The notes under the pieces were generated by a model. That model worked only from the letters and a program-made list of their open reading frames with translations, was not told the DNA's origin and made no database searches. A stretch of DNA of 63,499 bases from positions 1-63,499 of the forward strand of contig DUQP01000042.1 of NCBI GenBank assembly GCA_012837735.1, in the 5' to 3' direction. Below are positions 45,052 to 54,546 of this stretch, piece after piece (position 1 is the stretch's first letter; the number at the start of each line of letters is the position of its first letter). The stretch is from Bacillota bacterium (GTDB lineage Bacteria; Bacillota; Sulfobacillia; UBA3575; DUQP01). The translations under genes were made by a program, and so were the position numbers.

Positions 45052-46611
45052 CTATGGCACCCGTTCGGCCAATGAAACCACTTTTTCCACCAGGGCCGGC
45101 AATGTCTGTCCCAACACCAAAATCAGACGCTCCAGGTTGATTCGATCCGGGATTTCAATCACATCCGGCAACTCCCGGCACGCCGCCAGGGTGGCATGCA
45201 GATCCCGGAAGAAATCCGCGTCGCTCTGCCGGAAATCCGCCGGCGCCGGCATGCTGACCATGTGAAACCCCAGTTCCCGGCAGGCATCCCGCACTTTCTC
45301 ATTGTGGCGCAGGTTGATCACACAGCGGGCCGGAAAGTGTTGCTGGACCGCCAGTAGGGTCCCGCCCATATATGTGGAACAGCCCAGCTCCGGCTCACCC
45401 AGGACCACCACTTCGTCCCGTAACCGCAACAAACGGCCGGGAATGGCAGCAATTTCCTCTGTGCCTTGAGCGTTTTCGGGGCCATAGGCCAGATTGGCAC
45501 CGATCTCGGGAATTAAAGCGGCAATCCCGGCCTCTTGCAGCGTTTTCACGGCCTGGGCCAGTTCCCGGCATAATTCCTCCTGCGGCCCCAAGGCAGCAAA
45601 AAAGACCTCCCAGAACCGGTCCACAGCGGGCGGCGCCAAAACTGTTTCTTGACCGTCTTCCTCCACCCAGTGCATCCCTTGGCCCGCTGGCATCACTGCC
45701 CCGATGACGGCGGCATCGATCCCGGCGGCATGGAATGTCGCCAGCAATTCCTCAGTCTTTTCCGGTGCACAGGTCAACACCAGTGTCCCTTCGCTAATCA
45801 CCTGATAGGGATTGAGAGCAAAGCATTCGCAAACCGCCCTAATGTCATCCGGCAGCAAGACTTTCGCCCGCTCCACCCGCAGGCCAACACCGGAGGCCCG
45901 GGCAATCTCATACAAGCCGCGCTCCAGGCCGCCTTCTGTGGCATCATGCATGGCATGCACACCCCCCACGGCCACTGCCAACTGCGCCTCCTGCACCACA
46001 CTCACTTCCCGTAACCTGTGCCGGGCTCTTTTGATCAGATCAGCAGGTACCCCTTTTTGGGCCAGAGTCCCTGCCAATTCATTCGCCAACAGGGCGGTCG
46101 CTTCTATGGCAGCTCCTTTCGTGATCAGGATGTCATCGCCTGCTTGCGCACCGGCCGGGGTGAGGTAGGATTTGCCTGTGCCCCACACCGTGATGCCGCC
46201 GATCGTCGGCACCGTGACCGCCCCGTAAAAACCGGTATGCCCACCGACAATCGCTATTCCCAGCGCCCGGGCATGTGCATCTATGCTCTTCACTAATTGT
46301 TCGATATAGCCCTGTTCGGTGCCGGGCGGCAACAGCAGCGAATATGTCATGTAACGGGGTGGGACTCCCATTACCGCCACGTCGCTGGCGCCAATGTGGA
46401 CGGTCAACCAGCCAAAATCATCCGCTGTCATGGTCGGCCCCGGGAAAATGGGGTCTTCCGCGATCACCAAATACTCGTCACCCAAACGCAGGACAGCGGC
46501 ATCCACCCCCATTTGCGGTCCCACCACCACCTCCGGCAATTTCGCTCCCTGACAGGGCAAAATCGCTTCACAAAACAGATCTTCGTTCACTTTCCCAATC
46601 ATCTTGGCCAC
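45052..46611 (-). CDS. Fusion protein: PurM/ThiL/HypE-fold (AIR-synthase-related) ATP-binding domain plus a C-terminal ThiN-like (archaeal-type thiamine-phosphate synthase) domain
   Basis: N-terminal ~330 aa carry GVDAAVLRLGDEYLVIAEDP, HIGASDVAVMG, VGGHTG and AMHDATEGGL, the PurM-superfamily signatures. C-terminal ~170 aa carry ALIPEIGANLAYG and resemble ThiN. It is the last cistron of the thi operon, 3 nt after the thiC stop. Confidence 0.6.
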   Translation of the reverse strand: MAKMIGKVNEDLFCEAILPCQGAKLPEVVVGPQMGVDAAVLRLGDEYLVIAEDPIFPGPTMTADDFGWLTVHIGASDVAVMGVPPRYMTYSLLLPPGTEQGYIEQLVKSIDAHARALGIAIVGGHTGFYGAVTVPTIGGITVWGTGKSYLTPAGAQAGDDILITKGAAIEATALLANELAGTLAQKGVPADLIKRARHRLREVSVVQEAQLAVAVGGVHAMHDATEGGLERGLYEIARASGVGLRVERAKVLLPDDIRAVCECFALNPYQVISEGTLVLTCAPEKTEELLATFHAAGIDAAVIGAVMPAGQGMHWVEEDGQETVLAPPAVDRFWEVFFAALGPQEELCRELAQAVKTLQEAGIAALIPEIGANLAYGPENAQGTEEIAAIPGRLLRLRDEVVVLGEPELGCSTYMGGTLLAVQQHFPARCVINLRHNEKVRDACRELGFHMVSMPAPADFRQSDADFFRDLHATLAACRELPDVIEIPDRINLERLILVLGQTLPALVEKVVSLAERVP

Positions 46612-46614
46612 TCC

Positions 46615-47904
46615 TTACCGGGCTTTGCCCAAAGCTTCGCATACGATCTTGACCGCACAATACTCCCCACACATGGTGCAAGTCTCCTCCTCGGCACTGT
46701 TCTTGGCGGCGCGCAACTGCCTGGCTTTCACCGGGTCGATCGCCAAAGCAATCTGTTTTTTCCAATCCAGCTCCCGGCGCGCCTTGGCCATGGCCAGATC
46801 CCACTCCCAAGCCCCGGGGATCCCTTTGGCGAGATCGGCGGCGTGGGCTGCAATGCGAGCCGTCACCACTCCCTCCCGCACTTCCTCCCTGTCCGGCAGC
46901 CCTAAGTGTTCAGCCGGTGTGACATAGCACAGGAAATCCGCTCCCGCCGTGGCGGCCAGTGTGCCACCGATGGCGGCCGTGATGTGGTCATAACCTGGGG
47001 CCACATCCGTCACCACCGGTCCCAGGACATAGAAGGGAGCCCCGTGACAGAGCCGCTTTTGCAGCTGCATATTAGCCTGGATCTGATCATAGGGAACATG
47101 CCCCGGGCCCTCGATCATGGCCTGCACGCCCGCTGCCCGGGCCCTGTCCACCAGCTCGCCCATAATAATCAGTTCCTGGATCTGGCTGCGATCAGTGGCA
47201 TCAGCCAGGCAACCAGGACGGAAACCATCACCCAGGCTGAGCGTCACATCGTAGCGGCGCGCGATCTCCAGCAGCCGGTCATAGCCGGCATAAAACGGGT
47301 TTTCCCGCTCATGGTGGATCATCCAGCCAATCATGAATGACCCACCGCGGCTGACCACGTCGCCGACCCGGCCCTCCTGGCGCAAACGATGCACTGCCTC
47401 CCAGGTCACGCCGCAGTGGATGGTCATGAAATCCACCCCATCTTGGGCCTGTTCTTCCACCACCTGGAACATATCGTCGGCCGTCATCTGCACCAACGCC
47501 CCGTGCTCAGCCTGCGCGCGCACGGCACACTGATAAATCGGCACCGTCCCTACCGGGACAGGACAATTGGCCACCACCTGGCGGCGGGCGGCATTGATAT
47601 CACCGCCTGTACTGAGGTCCATGACGGCATCCGCACCGGCGTCCAAAGCGGCCTGTAGTTTTTCCAGTTCGTACTCCAGTTCCGGGTAGCGGGTGGAGGT
47701 GCCGATATTGGCATTCACTTTCGTGCGCAACCCCTTGCCAATCCCGCGCGGTGTTAAATTCTGATGGTTGATGTTGGCCGGGATCACGATCGTCCCCTCT
47801 GCCACACCCTGCAAGATGTATTCTTCTGTGCGACCCTCTTCCCGGGCCACCGTTTGCATGACCTGCGTCAGGCGACCGGCCTGGGCAGCCTGTAATTGTG
47901 TCAT
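46615..47904 (-). CDS. thiC: Phosphomethylpyrimidine synthase (radical SAM)
   Basis: 429 aa. IGTVPIYQ, TIHCGV, EGPGHVP and the C-terminal CTMCGEYCAVK cluster motif. Confidence 0.95.
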   Translation of the reverse strand: MTQLQAAQAGRLTQVMQTVAREEGRTEEYILQGVAEGTIVIPANINHQNLTPRGIGKGLRTKVNANIGTSTRYPELEYELEKLQAALDAGADAVMDLSTGGDINAARRQVVANCPVPVGTVPIYQCAVRAQAEHGALVQMTADDMFQVVEEQAQDGVDFMTIHCGVTWEAVHRLRQEGRVGDVVSRGGSFMIGWMIHHERENPFYAGYDRLLEIARRYDVTLSLGDGFRPGCLADATDRSQIQELIIMGELVDRARAAGVQAMIEGPGHVPYDQIQANMQLQKRLCHGAPFYVLGPVVTDVAPGYDHITAAIGGTLAATAGADFLCYVTPAEHLGLPDREEVREGVVTARIAAHAADLAKGIPGAWEWDLAMAKARRELDWKKQIALAIDPVKARQLRAAKNSAEEETCTMCGEYCAVKIVCEALGKAR

Positions 47905-47915
47905 TTTAAACCTCC

Positions 47916-48722
47916 TTAATTTGTCAGTTCCCTGGCTCGCAGTCCAGCGGTCAGCGCCGCGGGGGTGAATGTGGCCAGGGCATCAAACAAAGCCGCTTTG
48001 AATGTGCCAGGGCCAGCAACGCCCGGTGCCTGAGCCGCCAGCTCGCCGGCCAGGCCGAAGACAGCCAAAGCTGCCGTGCAGCCTAACAACAGATCCTCTT
48101 TCGCCACCGCCGCAAAACAGCCGCACACCGAAGCCACCATGCACCCGGTGCCGACCACCGCTCCCAGCAGAGGGTGACCGTTTTGCACTAGAGTTGTCCG
48201 TTGGCCATCCGTGACGATGTCCTCCACTCCTGACACCACCACTAGGCAATGGTTTTTTTTCGCCAACCGGGCTGCCGTGGCCGCCATCCCCCGATACTCA
48301 CCCAATGATTCCACGCCCCTGATCTGGCCCCCGGCTCCGGCTAGGATGCTAATCTCGGCCTGGTTACCCTTGATGATATCGGGCTGCACCGCTGTTAATA
48401 TGCGCTGGGCGCTTTCGGTGCGCAACCTGGTGGCACCTACCCCGACCGGGTCCAGCACCACCGGGATGCCCAGATCCTTGGCCCGTCGCCCGGCCACGAC
48501 CATGGCTTCAACCTGCCCCACAGACAGGGTGCCGATGTTCAACACCAGGGCACCAGCCGCCGCGACCATCTCCGCCACTTCCTCCGGGGCGTAAGCCATC
48601 ACCGGCAGACCGCCAACGCACAGCGTAGCATTGGCGCAATCATTCACGGTGACATTGTTCGTAATGTGATGGACAAGCGGTTTTTGCCCGCGTAATGTCT
48701 GCAATAAACTGCCTGGCATCAT
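47916..48722 (-). CDS. thiM: Hydroxyethylthiazole kinase
   Basis: PLVHHITNNVTVNDCANATL..., VLDPVGVGATR. Confidence 0.9.
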   Translation of the reverse strand: MMPGSLLQTLRGQKPLVHHITNNVTVNDCANATLCVGGLPVMAYAPEEVAEMVAAAGALVLNIGTLSVGQVEAMVVAGRRAKDLGIPVVLDPVGVGATRLRTESAQRILTAVQPDIIKGNQAEISILAGAGGQIRGVESLGEYRGMAATAARLAKKNHCLVVVSGVEDIVTDGQRTTLVQNGHPLLGAVVGTGCMVASVCGCFAAVAKEDLLLGCTAALAVFGLAGELAAQAPGVAGPGTFKAALFDALATFTPAALTAGLRARELTN

Positions 48723-49360
48723 TTCATCCTCCTTTGCGCCTGCCGTACCTTGTGCAACAGGGCCTCGGCCGCCGCGATAATGTCATCGGCAGCGGTCAAG
48801 GCGGAAATCACTGACACGCAGTCCGCTCCGGCCTGAATCACATCCTGGGCATTGATAATCGTGATTCCACCCACCGCCACGATCGGCAGGGACGTCTGGG
48901 CGCGGATCGCCCGCAGGCCATCCAACCCCAGAACCGGATCCGTATCGCTTTTTGAACCGGTGGGGAAGATCGGTCCCACTCCGAGGTAATCGGCGCCGGC
49001 CTGTTCCGCAACCCCGACTTGCTCCCCATTGCTGACCGAAACACCCACATACATGTGCGCCGGCAGACAACGCCGCACATACGGCAGCGGCATATCAGCT
49101 TGCCCGACATGCACACCATCGGCCCCGATTGCCAAAGCCACATCGACCCGGTCATTCACAATCAGTTCCGCGCCAAAGCGGCGCGTCAAAGCGCGGACGG
49201 TTTGGCCAAGGGTCAACAATTCCCTTGTCGACATGTCTTTTTCTCGCAGCTGCACCACCCTTACCCCAGCCCGGAGCGCCGCCTCCACCACCTGGGGGGT
49301 GGTGCGCCCGCGCGATAGCTCCTGGCCGGTTATTAAATAGACATCCCAATCACGCATCAA
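48719..49360 (-). CDS. thiE: Thiamine-phosphate synthase
   Basis: VQLREKD, LIVNDRVDVALAIGADGVHVGQ, VAVGGI. ATGA overlap with thiM. Confidence 0.9.
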   Translation of the reverse strand: MMRDWDVYLITGQELSRGRTTPQVVEAALRAGVRVVQLREKDMSTRELLTLGQTVRALTRRFGAELIVNDRVDVALAIGADGVHVGQADMPLPYVRRCLPAHMYVGVSVSNGEQVGVAEQAGADYLGVGPIFPTGSKSDTDPVLGLDGLRAIRAQTSLPIVAVGGITIINAQDVIQAGADCVSVISALTAADDIIAAAEALLHKVRQAQRRMK

Positions 49361-50153
49361 AGTCCCCCCTTTTGTGCCAGCGATAAAAGTGGTTCGGGGA
49401 TCCCGGGCCTCCTCCCACCTGGTAGGCGTGCTGGAGCGCAGTGGTCAAATATTCTTTAGCCTTTGCCACCGCGGCCTGGACCGGCTGCCCGAGCGCCAGT
49501 TGGCAGGCCAGAGCGGCCGAAAGCGTGCACCCCGTGCCATGCAGATGGATGGTGTCAATACGGGGAGCGGTGAACGTCTGCATTTCCCGGCCGCCATACA
49601 ACAGGTCGATCGCCTCCTGGCCAGCATGGCCGCCTTTGATTAGCACCCAGGTTGGCCCCAAAGCATGGATCCGCTCCGCGGCCCGTTGGCGGTCCGATTC
49701 TGTGCGGATCGACATTTCCGCCAGCACCTCCGCCTCCGGGATATTGGGGGTGGCGACGGTGGCCAAAGGCAAGAGCTCATCCCGCAAAGCCGCTACGGCA
49801 TCCTGTTCCAGGAGCAGATCACCACTGGTGGCCACCATCACCGGATCCACCACTAAGTGTGGCCAGCGATACTGCCGGGCTTTGGCGGCCACCGCCATGA
49901 TGATGGCGGCATTGGCCAGCATGCCCGTCTTGACGGCATCCGCACCCATGTCCTGGCAGACGGAATCGATCTGTTGCCCGACAAATCCCGCCGGCACAGC
50001 GTGCACTCCCTGCACACCGCGACTGTTTTGGGCGGTCAGGGCGGTGATGGCAGTCAAGCCATAGCAGCCGTGGGCGGCGATCGTCTTCAGATCGGCCTGG
50101 ATACCCGCCCCGGCCCCGGAATCGGAGCCGGCAATCGTCAACACTTTGCGCAT
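49350..50153 (-). CDS. thiD: Hydroxymethylpyrimidine/phosphomethylpyrimidine kinase
   Basis: VLTIAGSDSGAGAGIQADLKT, VVDPVM, HGTGCTLS. Confidence 0.95.
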   Translation of the reverse strand: MRKVLTIAGSDSGAGAGIQADLKTIAAHGCYGLTAITALTAQNSRGVQGVHAVPAGFVGQQIDSVCQDMGADAVKTGMLANAAIIMAVAAKARQYRWPHLVVDPVMVATSGDLLLEQDAVAALRDELLPLATVATPNIPEAEVLAEMSIRTESDRQRAAERIHALGPTWVLIKGGHAGQEAIDLLYGGREMQTFTAPRIDTIHLHGTGCTLSAALACQLALGQPVQAAVAKAKEYLTTALQHAYQVGGGPGSPNHFYRWHKRGDFDA

Positions 50154-50172
50154 CGCTTTCCCCTCCTAAATG

Positions 50173-50328
50173 AAAAAACCGCAACCCCAGCATGGGATTG
50201 CGGCAAACCAAGTCAACAGGCCAAAACCTTGCTTTCCTACGCTGGCATTACCCAGATCAGGTCTTAAGGGTCAAAGGGCTTTAGCGCGCCCTTTTCTCAG
50301 CCTTCGCTCGAAAGCTCCCCTAGCGACT
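50173..50328 (-). promoter_or_regulatory. TPP (THI-box) riboswitch with a terminator expression platform
   Basis: Minus strand reads CTAGGGGAGC...GGCTGAGA...CCCTTTGACCCTTAAGACCTGATCTGGGTAATGCCAGCGTAGGAAAGC, which holds the conserved CUGAGA and ACCUGAUCUGGxUAAUxCCAGCG cores. It is followed by the hairpin CCGCAATCCCATGCTGGGGTTGCGG plus TTTTTT, then the AGGAGGGG RBS of thiD. Confidence 0.9.
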
Positions 50329-50380
50329 TGACTATGTGGTTTGTGTTTTCATATTCGCCACTGATGTGCAAATACCTTTT

Positions 50381-51769
50381 TCAAGCGCGACTTTCCAACT
50401 GTTCCGGTCGTGCCAGGGCTTGGGCCAGGCGGTGCCCCACCTGCCAGATATCGCCCGCTCCCATCGTCAAAATGGTGTCACCGCTTTGCATCAGGTCCAA
50501 CAGATATTGCAGTAGCTCATCCTGTCCCGCCACCACTGCCACCGGGCGTTTGTCCCGCTCCCGGATCAATTCCGCTAACCGCTGCGAGCTGATTCCAGGA
50601 ATCTGTGGTTCCCCCGGCGGTGCATAGATGGGCGCCAGGACCACCTGATCAGCATCGGCAAAGGCAGCTGCAAATTCATGCAATAAGGCCTTGGTGCGGG
50701 TGTAGCGGTGGGGTTGGAAAACGGCGATTACCCTGCCGGTGGCGCCCTCCCGGGCCGCCTGCAGTGTGGCGCGGATTTCAGTGGGATGATGGGCATAATC
50801 GTCCACCACGCGCACCGGCCCGGCATGCAGCACCTCAAAACGCCGTTTCACGCCGCGAAAGCTGGCCAGGGCTTCAGCGCCGGCCTGGAAAGGCACCCCA
50901 CACAGATGAGCCGCCGTCAAGGCCAACAGGGCGTTCTGGGCATTGTGCCGGCCGGGCACCAGTAAAGCCAGCTCAGCCAGTTCCGTTTCGCCCCGCAGCA
51001 CCACAAAACGCTGCTTGTCTGCACCCGGCAGGATGCGACAATGATTGCCGGGCTGAAAGCCGCAGAATGTGACCGGCACGGCGGCTTGCGCCGCTATCCT
51101 GCGCACCTGCGGGTCATCACCGCCCAGCACCGCCTGCCCGCCAGGCCGCACCTGGCGGATGAAGCGGGCAAAGGCAGCCACCAGGCGTTGGTAGTCCCCG
51201 GCATAATACTCCAGGTGTTCCGGCTCAATATTGGTCACGATCGCCACCTGCGGATGGTAGCGCAGGAAACTACCATCGCTCTCATCCGCCTCCGCCACCA
51301 GGTACAGCCCTGCCCCAATGCGGGCAGTCCCGTTCCATTCCGGCAGTTCACCCCCCACTAACACCGTCGGATCCAATCCGGCCGCCGCCAAAATCAAGGC
51401 CAGCATCGCCGTGGTGGTGGTCTTGCCGTGCACCCCGCTCACCGCCAGCGAAGGGCGTTCGTTAATCAAGGCCGCCAACAACTCGGACCGGTGCCAGACC
51501 GGGATGCCGGCCTGCCGGGCCGCCACCAGTTCCTGGTTGTCATCGCGCACATCCGTGCTCCGCACCACTAAATCGGCACCCTGCACGTGGGCCGGGTCAT
51601 GGCCGATCCGCACTGTTATCCCGGCTTCCTGCAAACGCTTAGTGCGTGATGATTCCTTGACATCAGACCCCGAGACAACCGCCCCGGCCGCCGAGAAGAC
51701 CAGCGCCAAGCCGCTCATACCGTAACCGCCAATACCGATGAAGTGGATGCGCTGATGTGTGACTGGCAT
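50381..51769 (-). CDS. murC: UDP-N-acetylmuramate-L-alanine ligase
   Basis: IHFIGIGGYGMSGLA, GVHGKTTTT, and Mur ligase middle and C-terminal domains. Confidence 0.95.
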   Translation of the reverse strand: MPVTHQRIHFIGIGGYGMSGLALVFSAAGAVVSGSDVKESSRTKRLQEAGITVRIGHDPAHVQGADLVVRSTDVRDDNQELVAARQAGIPVWHRSELLAALINERPSLAVSGVHGKTTTTAMLALILAAAGLDPTVLVGGELPEWNGTARIGAGLYLVAEADESDGSFLRYHPQVAIVTNIEPEHLEYYAGDYQRLVAAFARFIRQVRPGGQAVLGGDDPQVRRIAAQAAVPVTFCGFQPGNHCRILPGADKQRFVVLRGETELAELALLVPGRHNAQNALLALTAAHLCGVPFQAGAEALASFRGVKRRFEVLHAGPVRVVDDYAHHPTEIRATLQAAREGATGRVIAVFQPHRYTRTKALLHEFAAAFADADQVVLAPIYAPPGEPQIPGISSQRLAELIRERDKRPVAVVAGQDELLQYLLDLMQSGDTILTMGAGDIWQVGHRLAQALARPEQLESRA

Positions 51770-51816
51770 ACTGGCCTCCCCCCTTTACCCCACAGTTTCC
51801 ACCAGTCAGCCCGCTT

Positions 51817-52329
51817 TCATTCCTGCCGCAGATAAGAGGCGGCCAAACGGGCGTACGCTTCCGTATGTTCCCGCAAAGACGCCTGCCCATCGGCGGACAA
51901 CTCTCTGACCGGCCTGGCCGGCACCCCGGCCACCAGTGTGCCGGGGGGTACCTGCTTGTTCTCCGGCACCAGCGCTCCGGCCGCCACCAGGGCCCCTGCT
52001 CCCACGACAGTGCCGTTTAAGACGGTGGCACCCATACCGATCAATGCTCCCTCCCCGATTCGGCAGCCATGCAGGACCGCCCCGTGGCCCACGGTCACGT
52101 TGGCGCCGATCTCAATCGGGGCATCCGGATCGACGTGCAAAACCGCGCATTCTTGAATATTCGTGCCGGCACCGATCACAATCCGGTGCAAATCCCCCCG
52201 CACAACTGCGTTGAACCAAATACTGGCCCCGGGACCGATCTCCACGTCCCCGATCACGTACGCCCCGGGGGCGATGAAAACGTCCGCCCCAATTTTTGGC
52301 TCTTTTCCGTTGTAGGCTAGCACAGGCAT
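51817..52329 (-). CDS. Gamma-class carbonic anhydrase / hexapeptide-repeat (LbH) family protein
   Basis: PKIGADVFIAPGAYVIGDVEIGPGASIWFNAVVRGD...HGCRIGEGALIGMGA. Start at MPVLAYNG after GGGAGG. Confidence 0.85.
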   Translation of the reverse strand: MPVLAYNGKEPKIGADVFIAPGAYVIGDVEIGPGASIWFNAVVRGDLHRIVIGAGTNIQECAVLHVDPDAPIEIGANVTVGHGAVLHGCRIGEGALIGMGATVLNGTVVGAGALVAAGALVPENKQVPPGTLVAGVPARPVRELSADGQASLREHTEAYARLAASYLRQE

Positions 52330-52343
52330 TTCTCCAACCTCCC

Positions 52344-53396
52344 TTAACATATCCTCTCTTCCAGACTCGGACCCTGTGGTCGTTTCCCTAAAGGCAGGCT
52401 GGGGAAGGCATTCAAATCCCAACCGGCCACCTGCCCTGCCAGCAGGTAATAATGGGCGGCGCAGGCGATCATGGCCGCGTTATCAGTACACAGGACCGGC
52501 GGCGGATAAAAAAGCGGGATCCCAGCCCGCCCGGCCGCAACCTGCATCTGCCGCCGCAAAGCGCTGTTGGCTGCCACACCGCCGGCCAGCAACAAGCACT
52601 TGACCTGGTATTCCCGAACTGCCCGCAGGGCCTTGTCCACCAGCACAGAGACGATCGCCTCCTGATAAGCAGCAGCCAGATCCGGCAGACGGTCCGCCAG
52701 GTCGCCCGCCCTGCGGCGCGCCTCCACCTCCAGTAGCAAAGCGGTTTTCAGGCCGCTGAAGCTGAAGTCCAGGCTGTCATCGCCCAGCCGGGCGCGCGGG
52801 AAAGCAAAGGCCGCCGGGTCACCCCCTCTGGCTAGAGCATCAATCGCCGGCCCCCCCGGATAACCGAGGCCGAGCGTGCGGGCACCCTTATCAAATGCCT
52901 CACCGGCCGCGTCATCCCGCGTGCGGCCAAGGATGTGCGGAGAGCCATGCTCCGGCAGGTAAATCAAGTCCGTGTGCCCACCGGAGACCACCAGACAAAG
53001 CGCCGGCAGTTCCGGCTGCTCTTCTGCCAGGAAGTTAGCATAGATGTGTCCCTCCAGGTGGTTCACTCCCACCAGGGGCAAACCGGCTGCCCAAGCCAGA
53101 CCCTTGGCTGCCGACACTCCCACCAGCAGGGCCCCCACCAGTCCCGGACCGGCCGTCACCGCCACCGCCTGCAGATCCGACAAATTTACCCCGGCGGTCT
53201 GGAGAGCCTGATCTACCACCGGCAAAATTAATTCCACATGCCGCCGGGAAGCGATCTCCGGTACCACCCCACCATAATGACGGTGCAGCTCGGCCTGCGA
53301 AGAGATAATATTGCTCAGGACCTGCCGTCCGTCCCGCACGACCGCGGCGGCCGTTTCATCGCAGGATGTTTCGATCCCCAGGATGTATCCAGCCAA
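52344..53396 (-). CDS. tsaD: tRNA N6-adenosine threonylcarbamoyltransferase
   Basis: ILGIETSCDETAAAVV, GVNHLEGH, GGVAANS. TTG start overlapping the rimI end by 41 nt. Confidence 0.95.
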   Translation of the reverse strand: MAGYILGIETSCDETAAAVVRDGRQVLSNIISSQAELHRHYGGVVPEIASRRHVELILPVVDQALQTAGVNLSDLQAVAVTAGPGLVGALLVGVSAAKGLAWAAGLPLVGVNHLEGHIYANFLAEEQPELPALCLVVSGGHTDLIYLPEHGSPHILGRTRDDAAGEAFDKGARTLGLGYPGGPAIDALARGGDPAAFAFPRARLGDDSLDFSFSGLKTALLLEVEARRRAGDLADRLPDLAAAYQEAIVSVLVDKALRAVREYQVKCLLLAGGVAANSALRRQMQVAAGRAGIPLFYPPPVLCTDNAAMIACAAHYYLLAGQVAGWDLNAFPSLPLGKRPQGPSLEERIC

Positions 53397-53856
53397 TCAC
53401 ACCGCCCCTTTTCTCCCGGCACATGATGATGGCATCTTCACCAGTATCGGTGTAGTAGCCGCGGCGCCAGCCTCTGGCGACAAATCCTCGTTTTGCATAC
53501 AGGCGCTGCGCCACCAGGTTGGAGCGCCTGACTTCCAGAGTCATCAGCACCACGCCATGTTGCTCGGCCAAAGCAATTAAGCCGTCAGTAATCAGACCGC
53601 CGACACCCTGACCGCGATAATCTTCCTGTACAGCGATATTTGTGATGTGCCCCTGGTCGGTCACGATCCAAATGCCGCCGAAACCGACCACCTGATCATT
53701 GGCATCTGCCACCAGATAATGGGCACAATCGTTTCCGTGCAATTCCTGGGCAAAAGCCGCTGCCGGCCACGGTGTGGCAAAGGTCGCTTGCTCGATCTCG
53801 GCCACCGCCGCCAGATCCCGGTCCGTCATTGCCCGCACTGTGACCATCCCCATCAC
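53356..53856 (-). CDS. rimI: Ribosomal-protein-alanine N-acetyltransferase (GNAT)
   Basis: GNAT core YRGQGVGGLI. Conserved tsaB-rimI-tsaD synteny. Confidence 0.85.
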   Translation of the reverse strand: MMGMVTVRAMTDRDLAAVAEIEQATFATPWPAAAFAQELHGNDCAHYLVADANDQVVGFGGIWIVTDQGHITNIAVQEDYRGQGVGGLITDGLIALAEQHGVVLMTLEVRRSNLVAQRLYAKRGFVARGWRRGYYTDTGEDAIIMCREKRGGVIGWIHPGDRNILR

Positions 53857-54545
53857 CCCGCCGGGCTGCCGAATTTGAGTTCCGCGGCTGAGGGACGCAG
53901 ATAGACCGGCGTGAGCGTGAAGGCATCATCCCCGGCAGCGCTTTGCAGGCGTTGCCAGCCCAGTTGGGCCACGGCGGCAGCACGCGGCAAAAGGGCAAAG
54001 GGCGGTACCGGCGGTGGTGCAAGTCCTTGCGTCCGGGCGGCCGCCGTCAACAGATCGGCCCCATCGCCTAAAAAGACCACCTCGCCGTCCGGCAACTGGG
54101 AAATGATCTCCGGTGGCGGGGCTAGCCAGGGACCGGCCACCAGGAACGGCCCGTCCCTCTCCTGGCGGTAGCAGGCGGCATATACTTCACCGCGCCGGGC
54201 ACGCAGTCCCGAACAAATCAAACCGGGATAATGCGGCAGGTTATGGGCCACCGCCGCCAGAGTAGGCACCCCCACCAAAGGCCGGCCCAAAGCAAAGGAA
54301 ATCCCCTTCGCGGTCGCCAGGCCAATCCGCAGCCCGGTAAATGAGCCCGGCCCGCTCGAGACCGCCACCGCATCCAAGCTGGCGGGCGTAAACCCGGCCT
54401 CTCGCACTAGATTATCGATTAAAGGCAACAAGCGCGTGGAGTGGGTTTTGTGGACATTGACCGCAAATTCCCCACACAACCGCTCGTCATTCAATAAGGC
54501 CACCCCACACACCAGCGTGGCTGTTTCGATCCCCAGCACCAGCAT
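53853..54545 (-). CDS. tsaB: tRNA threonylcarbamoyladenosine biosynthesis protein TsaB
   Basis: MLVLGIETATLVCGVALL..., GPGSFTGLRIG. ATG lies 1 nt after the tsaE stop. Confidence 0.9.
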   Translation of the reverse strand: MLVLGIETATLVCGVALLNDERLCGEFAVNVHKTHSTRLLPLIDNLVREAGFTPASLDAVAVSSGPGSFTGLRIGLATAKGISFALGRPLVGVPTLAAVAHNLPHYPGLICSGLRARRGEVYAACYRQERDGPFLVAGPWLAPPPEIISQLPDGEVVFLGDGADLLTAAARTQGLAPPPVPPFALLPRAAAVAQLGWQRLQSAAGDDAFTLTPVYLRPSAAELKFGSPAG

Positions 54546-54546
54546 G

